Shown: positions 16,753 to 25,677 of the stretch, one piece after another
Layout of the letters: every line of letters starts with the position of its first letter
Position numbering within the stretch: the first letter of the stretch is position 1
DNA from: a virus
Lineage: Duplodnaviria > Caudoviricetes
IMG/VR virus record: IMGVR_UViG_3300029305_004678
Span: 32,001-96,000 of that record
DNA length: 64,000 nucleotides
Direction: 5' to 3' (one strand)
Position numbers and translations under genes: made by a program
Notes under the pieces: model-generated
What the model was told of the DNA's origin: nothing
The model's database searches: none
The model's input: only the letters and a program-made list of their open reading frames with translations

Positions 16753-18945
16753 TTAAGCACCTGCAGGAGCAGGATTAGGATTTTTATTAGTATTAGACTG
16801 AGCATTCTGCTGAGTGCTAGCATTTTTCTTCTTAGGATTATAATACTCGACATGAGCTTTCACTATATTTCCAAATTCAGAAATAATAGATCTAGCGGCA
16901 TTGATCTTTGCTTCATATACAATCTTATATGCCATCAGATAGTTTCTAATAGCAGTTTCTTCAGAAGCGTAGCTTCCATTCGGATTGCTATTAATTACAT
17001 TACCATCTTTATCTAATACTTCTACCTCTGCTTCTGTAATCCATGTTCCATAAAGGAAAGAGTATACAGATTCCTGTTTGGGTTCTTCTTTATTAGTAGA
17101 AGCTGCATTTTCAGGTATTTGCTTAGGTGCAGGTTGAGGTTTAGACATATTGCTTGCAGCTCTCTTTGCATTTGTTTCAAGCTGTGATAGGTCGGATCTC
17201 AACTTAGCAAATATCTCATTGGGAGAACTGATATACTTCAGCATAGCAGGCTTATTACGTTCAAGATCTTCTGCACTAAACTCTATTTCTTTAGGATTAT
17301 CTCCCACAGGTAATCCATAATAAGCTCTCATATATTGACCGATAGACATCTGATCATTAAATTGGACATTATTACGTACCTTGAAAGAAGACCTCTCCAA
17401 ATCAGGTAAAATATATTTCTTGAAGAAAGTTTCAACATGCTCCAAATCATTTTTCATCTTTTCATAGTCATAAGGAACAGGTCTAATCTCTTCTCGAACT
17501 CTATTCATACCATTAAAAAGATCAATCTTAGATGTGGCTTTAATAGCAAATCTATTAGCATAGATATCTTTTTCATGAGCTTTTGTATATACGGCATGAG
17601 GATTGAGTTTATCTAAAACGGCAGCTATAGCCTTATCAAGAATAGCAATTATATTCTTGATAAATTGATCTATGATAACTTTTGCCTTCTGCCACGTTTG
17701 AGCATTTAATGCCTCTAACTTCAGATATTTTTCGCTAATATTTAAACCTTCTTCTGTACGAATTAGGGCCTCTCTAATAGCAGCCAGCTTATGTTCTTCT
17801 GCTATATTATATTGCATAGAATAGAATTCGCTTTCTAGCTTTAGGTTGGCCCATTCAGTACTGTTAAAGTCTCTAATATCTTCATTATCGAATAATGTAT
17901 CAGAATCGAACAACTCACCATGAATTGTTCCGGATTCAGATACAGAACCACTATTATTTACAATATTATTATAAACTCTAATAACCTCTTTCATATGAGC
18001 ACGTCTCATATTAATAGTGGTATAAAGAAACCATTCATAAGATCTGATTATAGAGTTAGCCTGAGCTATATAAGCGTTTAAATTAGTACGCTGCAACTCA
18101 TCAAGAGTTTCCAATGTAGAAACCTTTTCTTTAATTCTCTCAAGCTTATCTGTAATATATCTCATTTTGCTATTAATAGCATCTCTACCAATATCGGAAA
18201 TAGGATCGATAAACTTATCTTTCCACGTATAATAGTGCATCTTTTCACGATATCTGAAAATGATATTATTATTGATAAACTTTACAAAACTTTCTTTATC
18301 TTCACGAGGACCAAGATATTCTCTTCTAATCACACTTATAGCATCAGATTTGACGCTATCTTCTATACTCTTAGACAGTTTAGAATAAGCAAGCTTCAAA
18401 GTTGTATCGCTAGCTTCAGGAAGATCTCTACCATTGCATATTTCATCAATATTGCTAAATATATCTTTCAGGGCATCATCACAAATCTTACTATCCAGAT
18501 TATCAAATCTTGGATAATTAAAGCATGTGAATGTATACTCTTTTTCTATATCAATATTTCTAACAAATCCCTTAGATGTCTTCTTTTTCATATTGAATTC
18601 GGTTTGAGACATCCTATTTATTTCAAATATATCTTGTAGTTTATTTTTTATCCATTCAATTATAGCTGTGACAATTTCACCTAATCTCTTTATTGCATTT
18701 ACGAGCATAGATTCATAAATACCTTCAAGCTTCGATTTATCACCATTAATGCTTTCAACCAAAGCTCTATAATAATCTATCTTATCTTCAATTTCTATTC
18801 TATGAAGTTTCTCATTAAATTCCAGAATAGAATAAATATAAGATTCATCTACTGAAGTTGTCATTTCTTTTATAGAAGAAACATTACTATCACTTAATAA
18901 GGTGCAAACCTTATTATCAGTCAAAACAGATGACACGAATGCCAT
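16753..18945 (-). CDS. Putative inner-head (ejection) protein, two paralogous modules
   Basis: Late-type promoter; helical; multiple hydrophobic-x-E sites. Confidence 0.5.
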   Translation of the reverse strand: MAFVSSVLTDNKVCTLLSDSNVSSIKEMTTSVDESYIYSILEFNEKLHRIEIEDKIDYYRALVESINGDKSKLEGIYESMLVNAIKRLGEIVTAIIEWIKNKLQDIFEINRMSQTEFNMKKKTSKGFVRNIDIEKEYTFTCFNYPRFDNLDSKICDDALKDIFSNIDEICNGRDLPEASDTTLKLAYSKLSKSIEDSVKSDAISVIRREYLGPREDKESFVKFINNNIIFRYREKMHYYTWKDKFIDPISDIGRDAINSKMRYITDKLERIKEKVSTLETLDELQRTNLNAYIAQANSIIRSYEWFLYTTINMRRAHMKEVIRVYNNIVNNSGSVSESGTIHGELFDSDTLFDNEDIRDFNSTEWANLKLESEFYSMQYNIAEEHKLAAIREALIRTEEGLNISEKYLKLEALNAQTWQKAKVIIDQFIKNIIAILDKAIAAVLDKLNPHAVYTKAHEKDIYANRFAIKATSKIDLFNGMNRVREEIRPVPYDYEKMKNDLEHVETFFKKYILPDLERSSFKVRNNVQFNDQMSIGQYMRAYYGLPVGDNPKEIEFSAEDLERNKPAMLKYISSPNEIFAKLRSDLSQLETNAKRAASNMSKPQPAPKQIPENAASTNKEEPKQESVYSFLYGTWITEAEVEVLDKDGNVINSNPNGSYASEETAIRNYLMAYKIVYEAKINAARSIISEFGNIVKAHVEYYNPKKKNASTQQNAQSNTNKNPNPAPAGA

Positions 18946-19033
18946 GTAAATACACCTCACTTAATAAGATTATTAATAAGTTCAATACAATAAAATAGAG
19001 TAGGCTCCGAAGAGCCTACTCTATAATTTTAGA

Positions 19034-20218
19034 TTAGATGAACCTCATGCTGGAGAAGATAACGGAACTAATCGGAGCAGATTCTACCTTAGGAGTTTCC
19101 TCAGCAGGCTGCTTCTCTTCCTTTACCTTACCGGCATTATAGTACTTATGAGCCAGAACGCGGTCACGAGCAGAACGAGTTCTCAGAGCACTCATAAAGA
19201 TAGCGCACTTGATATTCTCGACCTGGATGTCGTGCTTCATATCAGCCATGTAAGCTTCGCAGATAGCAATCTTCTTGCTAGCAATAGCTTCATCCTCTTC
19301 CTTGCTGCACAGTCTACGCATATCTTCGATCATCTTAATACGGGTAGCATAACGGCTCTTAATGATGTTGTAATGAGCTCTGACAGCACCAATCAATTCA
19401 GCAGACAGACGAGCGATAACTGCATCAGCAGACAGATTAGGACTATGGCTAATAGCAACAGTCTTCTTTTCACCACGCAGATATGCAGTAAGACGCTCCT
19501 TCAGATTTGCCATATTGGTATCTTCAGGAAGGATATCATAAATACCCATACGATCAAGGGAATCCTTTTCACGCATATCGGGATTATGATCAACAGCAGG
19601 ATTCTTACCATCCAGTTCAGCTTCCATGCGATGGTAATGATCGGAAGAATCATCCTGAGAGAAGTAATCGCTATTCTTGATTTCATCCATAGAATTACCC
19701 AGCTTGGGGAATTTAAATGTATCAATAGTAGCATCCTTATCAACCTTCAGCTTCTCATAACCAGCCTTGATTTCAGCATTATGCTTCTCCACAAACTTCT
19801 TGTCCATATGGAACTTCTCAGTCATCTCTGCGATAAAGTTGTGGAACATTTCGGAGATCTTAGCAAAGATACCCTTAAGCCATGTAATCATAGTGTGGAA
19901 GAAGCCATTCTTATCAGCTTCAGTAAAGACAAATTCCTTGCCCTCATTGAAAGACTTCAGCTCATTCATGCCAATACAACGCATAATCTGGTTGTAGTTG
20001 TATTCTGCCTCATAGATGATATTAAAAGCCTCTTCGAGGGGCTCACCTACGATACCAGAATTGGCGGCTTCAATTTCATCACGATGAGATTCGATACCAT
20101 CAGGGCCGCAAACAGCCTTTTCAATAGCATCGAGTTCTGCACCGATATCATCAGGAGTATTGATAACATCCTTGGGAGTAACTTCCTCACGAAGGATCTT
20201 GTTAGTATAAATGCTCAT
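19034..20218 (-). CDS. Putative abundant inner-head protein
   Basis: Acidic propeptide-like N-terminus, VFTEA site followed by an amphipathic helix; codon bias. Confidence 0.5.
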   Translation of the reverse strand: MSIYTNKILREEVTPKDVINTPDDIGAELDAIEKAVCGPDGIESHRDEIEAANSGIVGEPLEEAFNIIYEAEYNYNQIMRCIGMNELKSFNEGKEFVFTEADKNGFFHTMITWLKGIFAKISEMFHNFIAEMTEKFHMDKKFVEKHNAEIKAGYEKLKVDKDATIDTFKFPKLGNSMDEIKNSDYFSQDDSSDHYHRMEAELDGKNPAVDHNPDMREKDSLDRMGIYDILPEDTNMANLKERLTAYLRGEKKTVAISHSPNLSADAVIARLSAELIGAVRAHYNIIKSRYATRIKMIEDMRRLCSKEEDEAIASKKIAICEAYMADMKHDIQVENIKCAIFMSALRTRSARDRVLAHKYYNAGKVKEEKQPAEETPKVESAPISSVIFSSMRFI

Positions 20219-20241
20219 TATAAAGTCCCTCCTTTAAGTAA

Positions 20242-21312
20242 TTAAGCCTCGGGATTAGGATCGGCCTCAGGTTCAGATGCATCAATAAGAGCATTGACAG
20301 CATCACCAAACTGAGGATCGATCTCTTCCTGGCCGGGAACGGTTTCCATATCAGCATCGAATTCGGACTCAAAGACGGAAACAGCATAATCTACAGATTC
20401 CTTAACACCTTCGATATCCATGATAGCCTTCTGGATAACAGTATATGCCTTCTTCATGTCAAATCTGACAGACTTAATGTGAAGATTGGTAAATGCATTA
20501 ATAGCAGTCTGATATGCACTGGCAACAGCGCCAATAGCATCGGCATTGTTTTCAGGATTCTTATCCAATGCCTTCTTAACCTCATTAAGTTCCTTACCAA
20601 GTTCAGATTCTGTTTTACGCAATGCCTTAATTGCGTCATTCTTTCTAAGGATATCCAGCATAGGCTCAAGATCACTCTTATTCTTAATATCCTTAGTTTC
20701 AATAGACTTCTTCATAGCTTCCTCAATGAATTCCTTAGGTGCCTCTACTGTACCAACAGTAACACCAAGGTATTCACAGAAAATGGAGCTGCTAATGTTA
20801 TGAGCAGTGGCCTTATCGCCATTAGCATACTTATAACCAGCATACTGATCCATCATAGACATACCCTTATTAAATACACCATGAACGGAGTACTTATCAG
20901 AGAGCTTATCCATATCAATCCATTCGGTCTTAAGATCATTGAACTTAATACCCTCTCTCTTATGTGCATCATAAGTTTCATCAAACTTCTTGGTCAGAGG
21001 GGTGCCAGTCTTCAAAACAAACAGACCGATTGTCTTCATTGCATTGCCAAGAGCTTCAAGAATCTTCTCCCATGCTCTCTTAATGGCAGTCCAAACGATT
21101 CCCATATATTCCTTAGCAGTCTTCTCCTGCAGAGCAGACAGTTCGGAACTAACGATAGTGCCTTCACGCAAGCCCTTGATTTCATGGAAATCACATGCCA
21201 GCGCTGCTTCAAAAATCATCATATTATTCTGCTCAGATTCAAAAAGAATATCAGCAAAATTAGTATTCTTCTTGACAACTTTGCTGGCAGATTCATTCAC
21301 AGTATAAATCAT
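20242..21312 (-). CDS. Putative abundant inner-head protein, paralogue of 19034-20218
   Basis: VNESA, LFESE, LQEK sites followed by an amphipathic helix; late promoter. Confidence 0.5.
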   Translation of the reverse strand: MIYTVNESASKVVKKNTNFADILFESEQNNMMIFEAALACDFHEIKGLREGTIVSSELSALQEKTAKEYMGIVWTAIKRAWEKILEALGNAMKTIGLFVLKTGTPLTKKFDETYDAHKREGIKFNDLKTEWIDMDKLSDKYSVHGVFNKGMSMMDQYAGYKYANGDKATAHNISSSIFCEYLGVTVGTVEAPKEFIEEAMKKSIETKDIKNKSDLEPMLDILRKNDAIKALRKTESELGKELNEVKKALDKNPENNADAIGAVASAYQTAINAFTNLHIKSVRFDMKKAYTVIQKAIMDIEGVKESVDYAVSVFESEFDADMETVPGQEEIDPQFGDAVNALIDASEPEADPNPEA

Positions 21313-21403
21313 GAATTTATTTCCTCCTTATAATTTTATGAAAAGTCGTATTTCGTATTGACTTATTATAATGTTTTAGAAATACATTTGATATCCTTTA
21401 CTT

Positions 21404-22633
21404 TTAGAAGAGAGCGGATACGCTGTCAGGGATCTCATCTGAGATATCAGATAGCTTCATCTTCTTAGAATCAGCAGTAATCTCTCGAGTAGCCTTAACT
21501 TCTGCTTCCTTATTTGTATAAGAGATCTTATTGGCCATCTTACGGAACAGATCTACTACCTTCATCTGTTTATTGATAGTGCGCTCCTTCTCATCAGAAG
21601 GAATAGTAGGATCATTCTGCAGTTTGAAAGTATTCATCTGTAACAGATCAGCCTGTATGTCAAAGAAATCAGATACTCTTACTCTAGCATAGTAGAACAT
21701 GAATACCATATCTCTCAAAAGGGGGATAAGCACGGTGACCAAAGCAACCAAAGCTATAACACTAAGAGCTATCCAACCGCCGGGGCCAAGGCCTCCAAGG
21801 AATGCAGCAACTTTTACTCCAGCAGCCTTAATAACACCAACTGCAGCAGCAGCTCCAATAGCTTCATTAATAGCAGCTTCATTTTTACCACCGTGAATGT
21901 GAGCCTGAATAACTTCTTCCATAACCTTATCAAATTTACCATCTTCACAGATCTTATTAAATCTCTTCAGGTTAGTATAAAGCATGTTATTCTTGGTCTT
22001 ATTCAGAGCAACCTTATCGAGAGTAATCTGGAATGTATCACTATTCGGGGTCTTGATAAACTCAATGCAGGTTGCAATCATATAGGAGACACCATTAACA
22101 ATGGACAAAACAGTATTGTTATACATGATAATAGGCATCTCACATTTATATTTAAAAGCCCGACCGAAAAGATCCTTTCTAGACATGACATTAGCCATAG
22201 CTACAGAAAGAACCTCGATAGGACCAGTATCCTGTTTAAACTCCTTGAGAATATCTCTCAAAAGTTCAATACACTCACGGAGTTTTTCATAGGAAGGAAG
22301 TTTGGTAATATCGCCCTTAGAGTTGGGAATATCACCATAATCAATGTCGTCAACTTTAGTGATAATCTTGTCATAAAGCTTTGCTGTTAAAGAAGCCAGA
22401 ACAGAAGCCTGATCTGCCTCATTCATATAGGTAATAGCCTTACGAGTCATATTATCACCAATATCCATATGCTGAACAAATGCCTCCATAACAGCAGGGG
22501 GAACCTGACGCTCCAGCTCAGCATTTGCTTCAATAGGATTAGTGCCATCGGGGTTATAACCGATATAAGTTCCTAAATCCTTATCATGATTCTGAAAATC
22601 ATTTTCATTGAGGTAGTTAGAACTAATACTCAT
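21404..22633 (-). CDS. Virion protein with hydrophobic/TM segment
   Basis: INEA followed by an Ala/Gly-rich stretch and TM helix WIALSVIALVALVTVLIPLL. Confidence 0.55.
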   Translation of the reverse strand: MSISSNYLNENDFQNHDKDLGTYIGYNPDGTNPIEANAELERQVPPAVMEAFVQHMDIGDNMTRKAITYMNEADQASVLASLTAKLYDKIITKVDDIDYGDIPNSKGDITKLPSYEKLRECIELLRDILKEFKQDTGPIEVLSVAMANVMSRKDLFGRAFKYKCEMPIIMYNNTVLSIVNGVSYMIATCIEFIKTPNSDTFQITLDKVALNKTKNNMLYTNLKRFNKICEDGKFDKVMEEVIQAHIHGGKNEAAINEAIGAAAAVGVIKAAGVKVAAFLGGLGPGGWIALSVIALVALVTVLIPLLRDMVFMFYYARVRVSDFFDIQADLLQMNTFKLQNDPTIPSDEKERTINKQMKVVDLFRKMANKISYTNKEAEVKATREITADSKKMKLSDISDEIPDSVSALF

Positions 22634-22646
22634 TATTAACTCCTCC

Positions 22647-24005
22647 TTATCTTGCAATCTTGGTCATCAGATTGACGACCTTCTTATAGCTATTATCACT
22701 AGCTTCACGCTCCAGATGGGTGAAGGATACAGTCTCCCACATAGGATCATCAGAGTCAAAAGCAAACTTAGCAACTTCGAGGCTTTCATCGACAATAACT
22801 ACAGCCATTAAGTTAAGGGTATTGAATAGCGTGCGGATAGTAGAAATACTCTCCATATCTACATTATGATGTTTACGGAGATATTCTACTTCTTCCTGAG
22901 AAATACAAAGAGTAGTGATAGGACGAACATCGGACTTAGATGTCTGAGTCATATTCTTTATTTTTGCATTTGTAGCTCTGCGTTCAAGAACCTTCCAAAT
23001 CTTATCGGTAGTCTTTTTACGAGCAGAATGAGCAAGTGCATCGATCTTAGCACGATCAATAGCAAATAAGAAATCTTTAAAGAAAGAAATCTCACGAGTA
23101 GTTGCACGAATAAAGTTTGTAATCCAATTTTTATCTTCCAATCTCTTAGAAATATTTTCTACAATATCTTCAGAAGAAATAGGATACAATTTGGCTTTTA
23201 CACCAACAAGTGCATTATCAACAGGAATATTTCCATTCTCTGTCTCAACCTTGAAAGAAATAGTCATAGTTGTAGGCATTAATTCATTAGCCTTCTTATA
23301 ATCAGAGTCTATAACCTGTTTTGTAAAGAACTCTGCAGCAGTTTTCTTCGCATCTGCATCATCCTTAAGATCTTTAGCAGGAGAACTCTTTTTAAAGTCT
23401 CCATCATTTTTTACCCTAATATTGATATCTACGGAATTTCCATTCTTTGTTCCTCTTACACCAATATCATTCTCCGCTAAAGTATACATTGTAAGGGAAG
23501 TTTCATTTATATTAGAGGGTAATACAAAATTAATACGACCCATATCTGTCTTAATAGCGGATTCTTCTATAGAGGTTAAATATTCGGTACTTTCTGTTAT
23601 CTTGGCTATTTTAAGCACATCATCCATAGAAATCAGACGGCCATCTAAATTCTGATGGAAATCAGAGATATAACCTTCGACAGTTTTCCAGTCAGAAACT
23701 TGATGAGCAGCAAAGATTCTTTGAAGCATGCTTACAAAATTACGCTCCATAGCTTTAGAGACCATAGAGGCATTCTCAATACTAATTCCTCTAGAGCAGA
23801 GGATGGGGAAAACCATCGTCAAGTTAGAATCAATTCTTGCAATGGATTTTCCTGCATTATTAAAGCCATTCTTATTAATTCGATCTTTATAATTTTTTGC
23901 TAACTCTTTACCGTCTTTAGCATCCTTGGCAAGACTTCTAACATCGTCAATTATGTCAATAACGGTTCCGAGAGTGGTTTCGTGAATAGCATTACACTTA
24001 TCCAT
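22647..24005 (-). CDS. Virion structural protein
   Basis: 452 aa; late promoter at 24037; IHET/ITES/INET sites. Confidence 0.55.
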   Translation of the reverse strand: MDKCNAIHETTLGTVIDIIDDVRSLAKDAKDGKELAKNYKDRINKNGFNNAGKSIARIDSNLTMVFPILCSRGISIENASMVSKAMERNFVSMLQRIFAAHQVSDWKTVEGYISDFHQNLDGRLISMDDVLKIAKITESTEYLTSIEESAIKTDMGRINFVLPSNINETSLTMYTLAENDIGVRGTKNGNSVDINIRVKNDGDFKKSSPAKDLKDDADAKKTAAEFFTKQVIDSDYKKANELMPTTMTISFKVETENGNIPVDNALVGVKAKLYPISSEDIVENISKRLEDKNWITNFIRATTREISFFKDFLFAIDRAKIDALAHSARKKTTDKIWKVLERRATNAKIKNMTQTSKSDVRPITTLCISQEEVEYLRKHHNVDMESISTIRTLFNTLNLMAVVIVDESLEVAKFAFDSDDPMWETVSFTHLEREASDNSYKKVVNLMTKIAR

Positions 24006-24115
24006 AGGAACTTATTTCCTCCTTTTTACGAATATTTACTTCTATGTTCAAGACTAAAAAGAAAAAATAAAGGACTGAAGACTCCCAATTAGGCAAGATT
24101 AAGTAATCACACAAA

Positions 24116-24394
24116 TTACTTAATTTCTTGCGCAAATATTGTAGCAAACTTCTTCAAATCTTCATCATTACTTGCAATCAAATTCATTACTACTGGAGGA
24201 CGCCTATTAGCAGTAGCGGATGCAAGTTCTTTAATTGAATTAGAAAGATCAGTCATTACACCAATAAATGCCTGAAATCTTCTTTCATCAATTTCAAATT
24301 CTTCTCGCATTTGCTCTGTTTCTTTAAGTTTCTCTCTTTCATAATTCATTGCATGAGAATCTAGACGATCATTAGCTTTACCTATACGCCGCAT
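24116..24394 (-). CDS. Small early coiled-coil protein with structured leader
   Basis: RBS GAAAAGGAG; TATATTAT at 24519-24526. Confidence 0.6.
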   Translation of the reverse strand: MRRIGKANDRLDSHAMNYEREKLKETEQMREEFEIDERRFQAFIGVMTDLSNSIKELASATANRRPPVVMNLIASNDEDLKKFATIFAQEIK

Positions 24395-24594
24395 ATTTAT
24401 CAAACTCCTTTTCAATAGAGATTAAATTTTTTTAGAGACTTGCTATGTGATATGGAAAAGGAGTATTACTTAATTCATATGCCTCTTGAAAATCATTTAG
24501 ACCTTTATTTTCATCTTTATAATATACATTCAAGGACATATTTAACCTCGGCAACATTACATTAAGTAATTTGCCTGGAAGGGGGTAAATAGAA

Positions 24595-25656
24595 TTGCCT
24601 GCAAAAAGTTCTGGTAGCAATGCACATTCTAAAAGAAATGCTATTGGTACATCATTGACAATTAACAGCAGAAGTGATCTTAAATTCACATCATCTTCCA
24701 GTGATGTAAAATCTGCTATAATGGCCCATGGAATATATGATAGATATGACATGGACTGGCATAAGAAATTCACAAGATTTGGAATTATAGATCCAAATAA
24801 TACTATAACTACCACAAAAGAATATATCTTTATAACCAAACCAGACTTATGCTTATTCAATTATAATGGATCTGCTATAAGTCCTATTCTTTCTAATAAT
24901 ATCTTCTTTAGAGATGCTATAGAAAGATATACTAATGTAGCTAAGCAGTTACAGAGTTCTGTTAGTATTGGAGATGGCCCATTTATAAATATACTTTCAA
25001 ATTCTGTAACCAGTAGTCTAGATATACCTGGAATTACGGCTGATGAAGTAGATACCGGAAGTAATATTATGGGTACTAAAGTGACATATAGAGGTACATC
25101 GTATAAATCCGATATTGATCATAGCTTTAATCTAGAATTTGAGGATACAAAATATCTAGATGTATATATGCTATTCAAAATGTATGATGAATATGAAAAA
25201 TTAAAGTGGAATGGAGCACTAGATTTCACAAATTGTGATTCCGATAGATGGAATAATTATATCATTAATAGAGTGCTTCATGACCAAATGACCATATATA
25301 AATTTGTTGTAGCAGAAGATGGCTACAGAATAATTTATTGGGCTAGAATTACAGGATGCTATCCTAATTCGATTCCTAGAGAAGCATTTGGAGATATGAC
25401 GTCTGGTGGCCCGCAAAAATTAACAGTTGGTTGGAAGGGTCATTTCGTAAGAGATATGGACCCTGTTATTATATACCAATTTAATCAAATAGTATCTGAT
25501 ATTTTAAGTAAAGCTAAAGAAGATTTGCCATTGTTTAATACTTCTATGCATACCATGGAAGGCGAATGGGCTACAATTCCTTATATTGATATAAGAAATG
25601 TACCTACATCTAGTCATGGTAATAGAAAAGAGTATTATTTACGATGGAGAAAGTAA
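24595..25656 (+). CDS. Tail-tube-fold baseplate protein (gp19/gp54-like)
   Basis: SLDIPGI, FNLEFED, GCYPNSIP, LTVGW pattern; precedes a gp6-like gene. Confidence 0.55.
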   Translation: MPAKSSGSNAHSKRNAIGTSLTINSRSDLKFTSSSSDVKSAIMAHGIYDRYDMDWHKKFTRFGIIDPNNTITTTKEYIFITKPDLCLFNYNGSAISPILSNNIFFRDAIERYTNVAKQLQSSVSIGDGPFINILSNSVTSSLDIPGITADEVDTGSNIMGTKVTYRGTSYKSDIDHSFNLEFEDTKYLDVYMLFKMYDEYEKLKWNGALDFTNCDSDRWNNYIINRVLHDQMTIYKFVVAEDGYRIIYWARITGCYPNSIPREAFGDMTSGGPQKLTVGWKGHFVRDMDPVIIYQFNQIVSDILSKAKEDLPLFNTSMHTMEGEWATIPYIDIRNVPTSSHGNRKEYYLRWRK

Positions 25657-25677
25657 TAAAAGGAGGTTTCGTGATAT

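Noticed and set aside
19148-21333. Long antisense ORFs (also 13001-13756, 28385-29236, 36404-37276, 53484-54791)
   Set aside because: Shadow frames of codon-biased genes; no RBS; implausible composition
24432-24860. 142-aa minus-strand ORF
   Set aside because: Antisense to the tail-tube-like gene and spans two promoters
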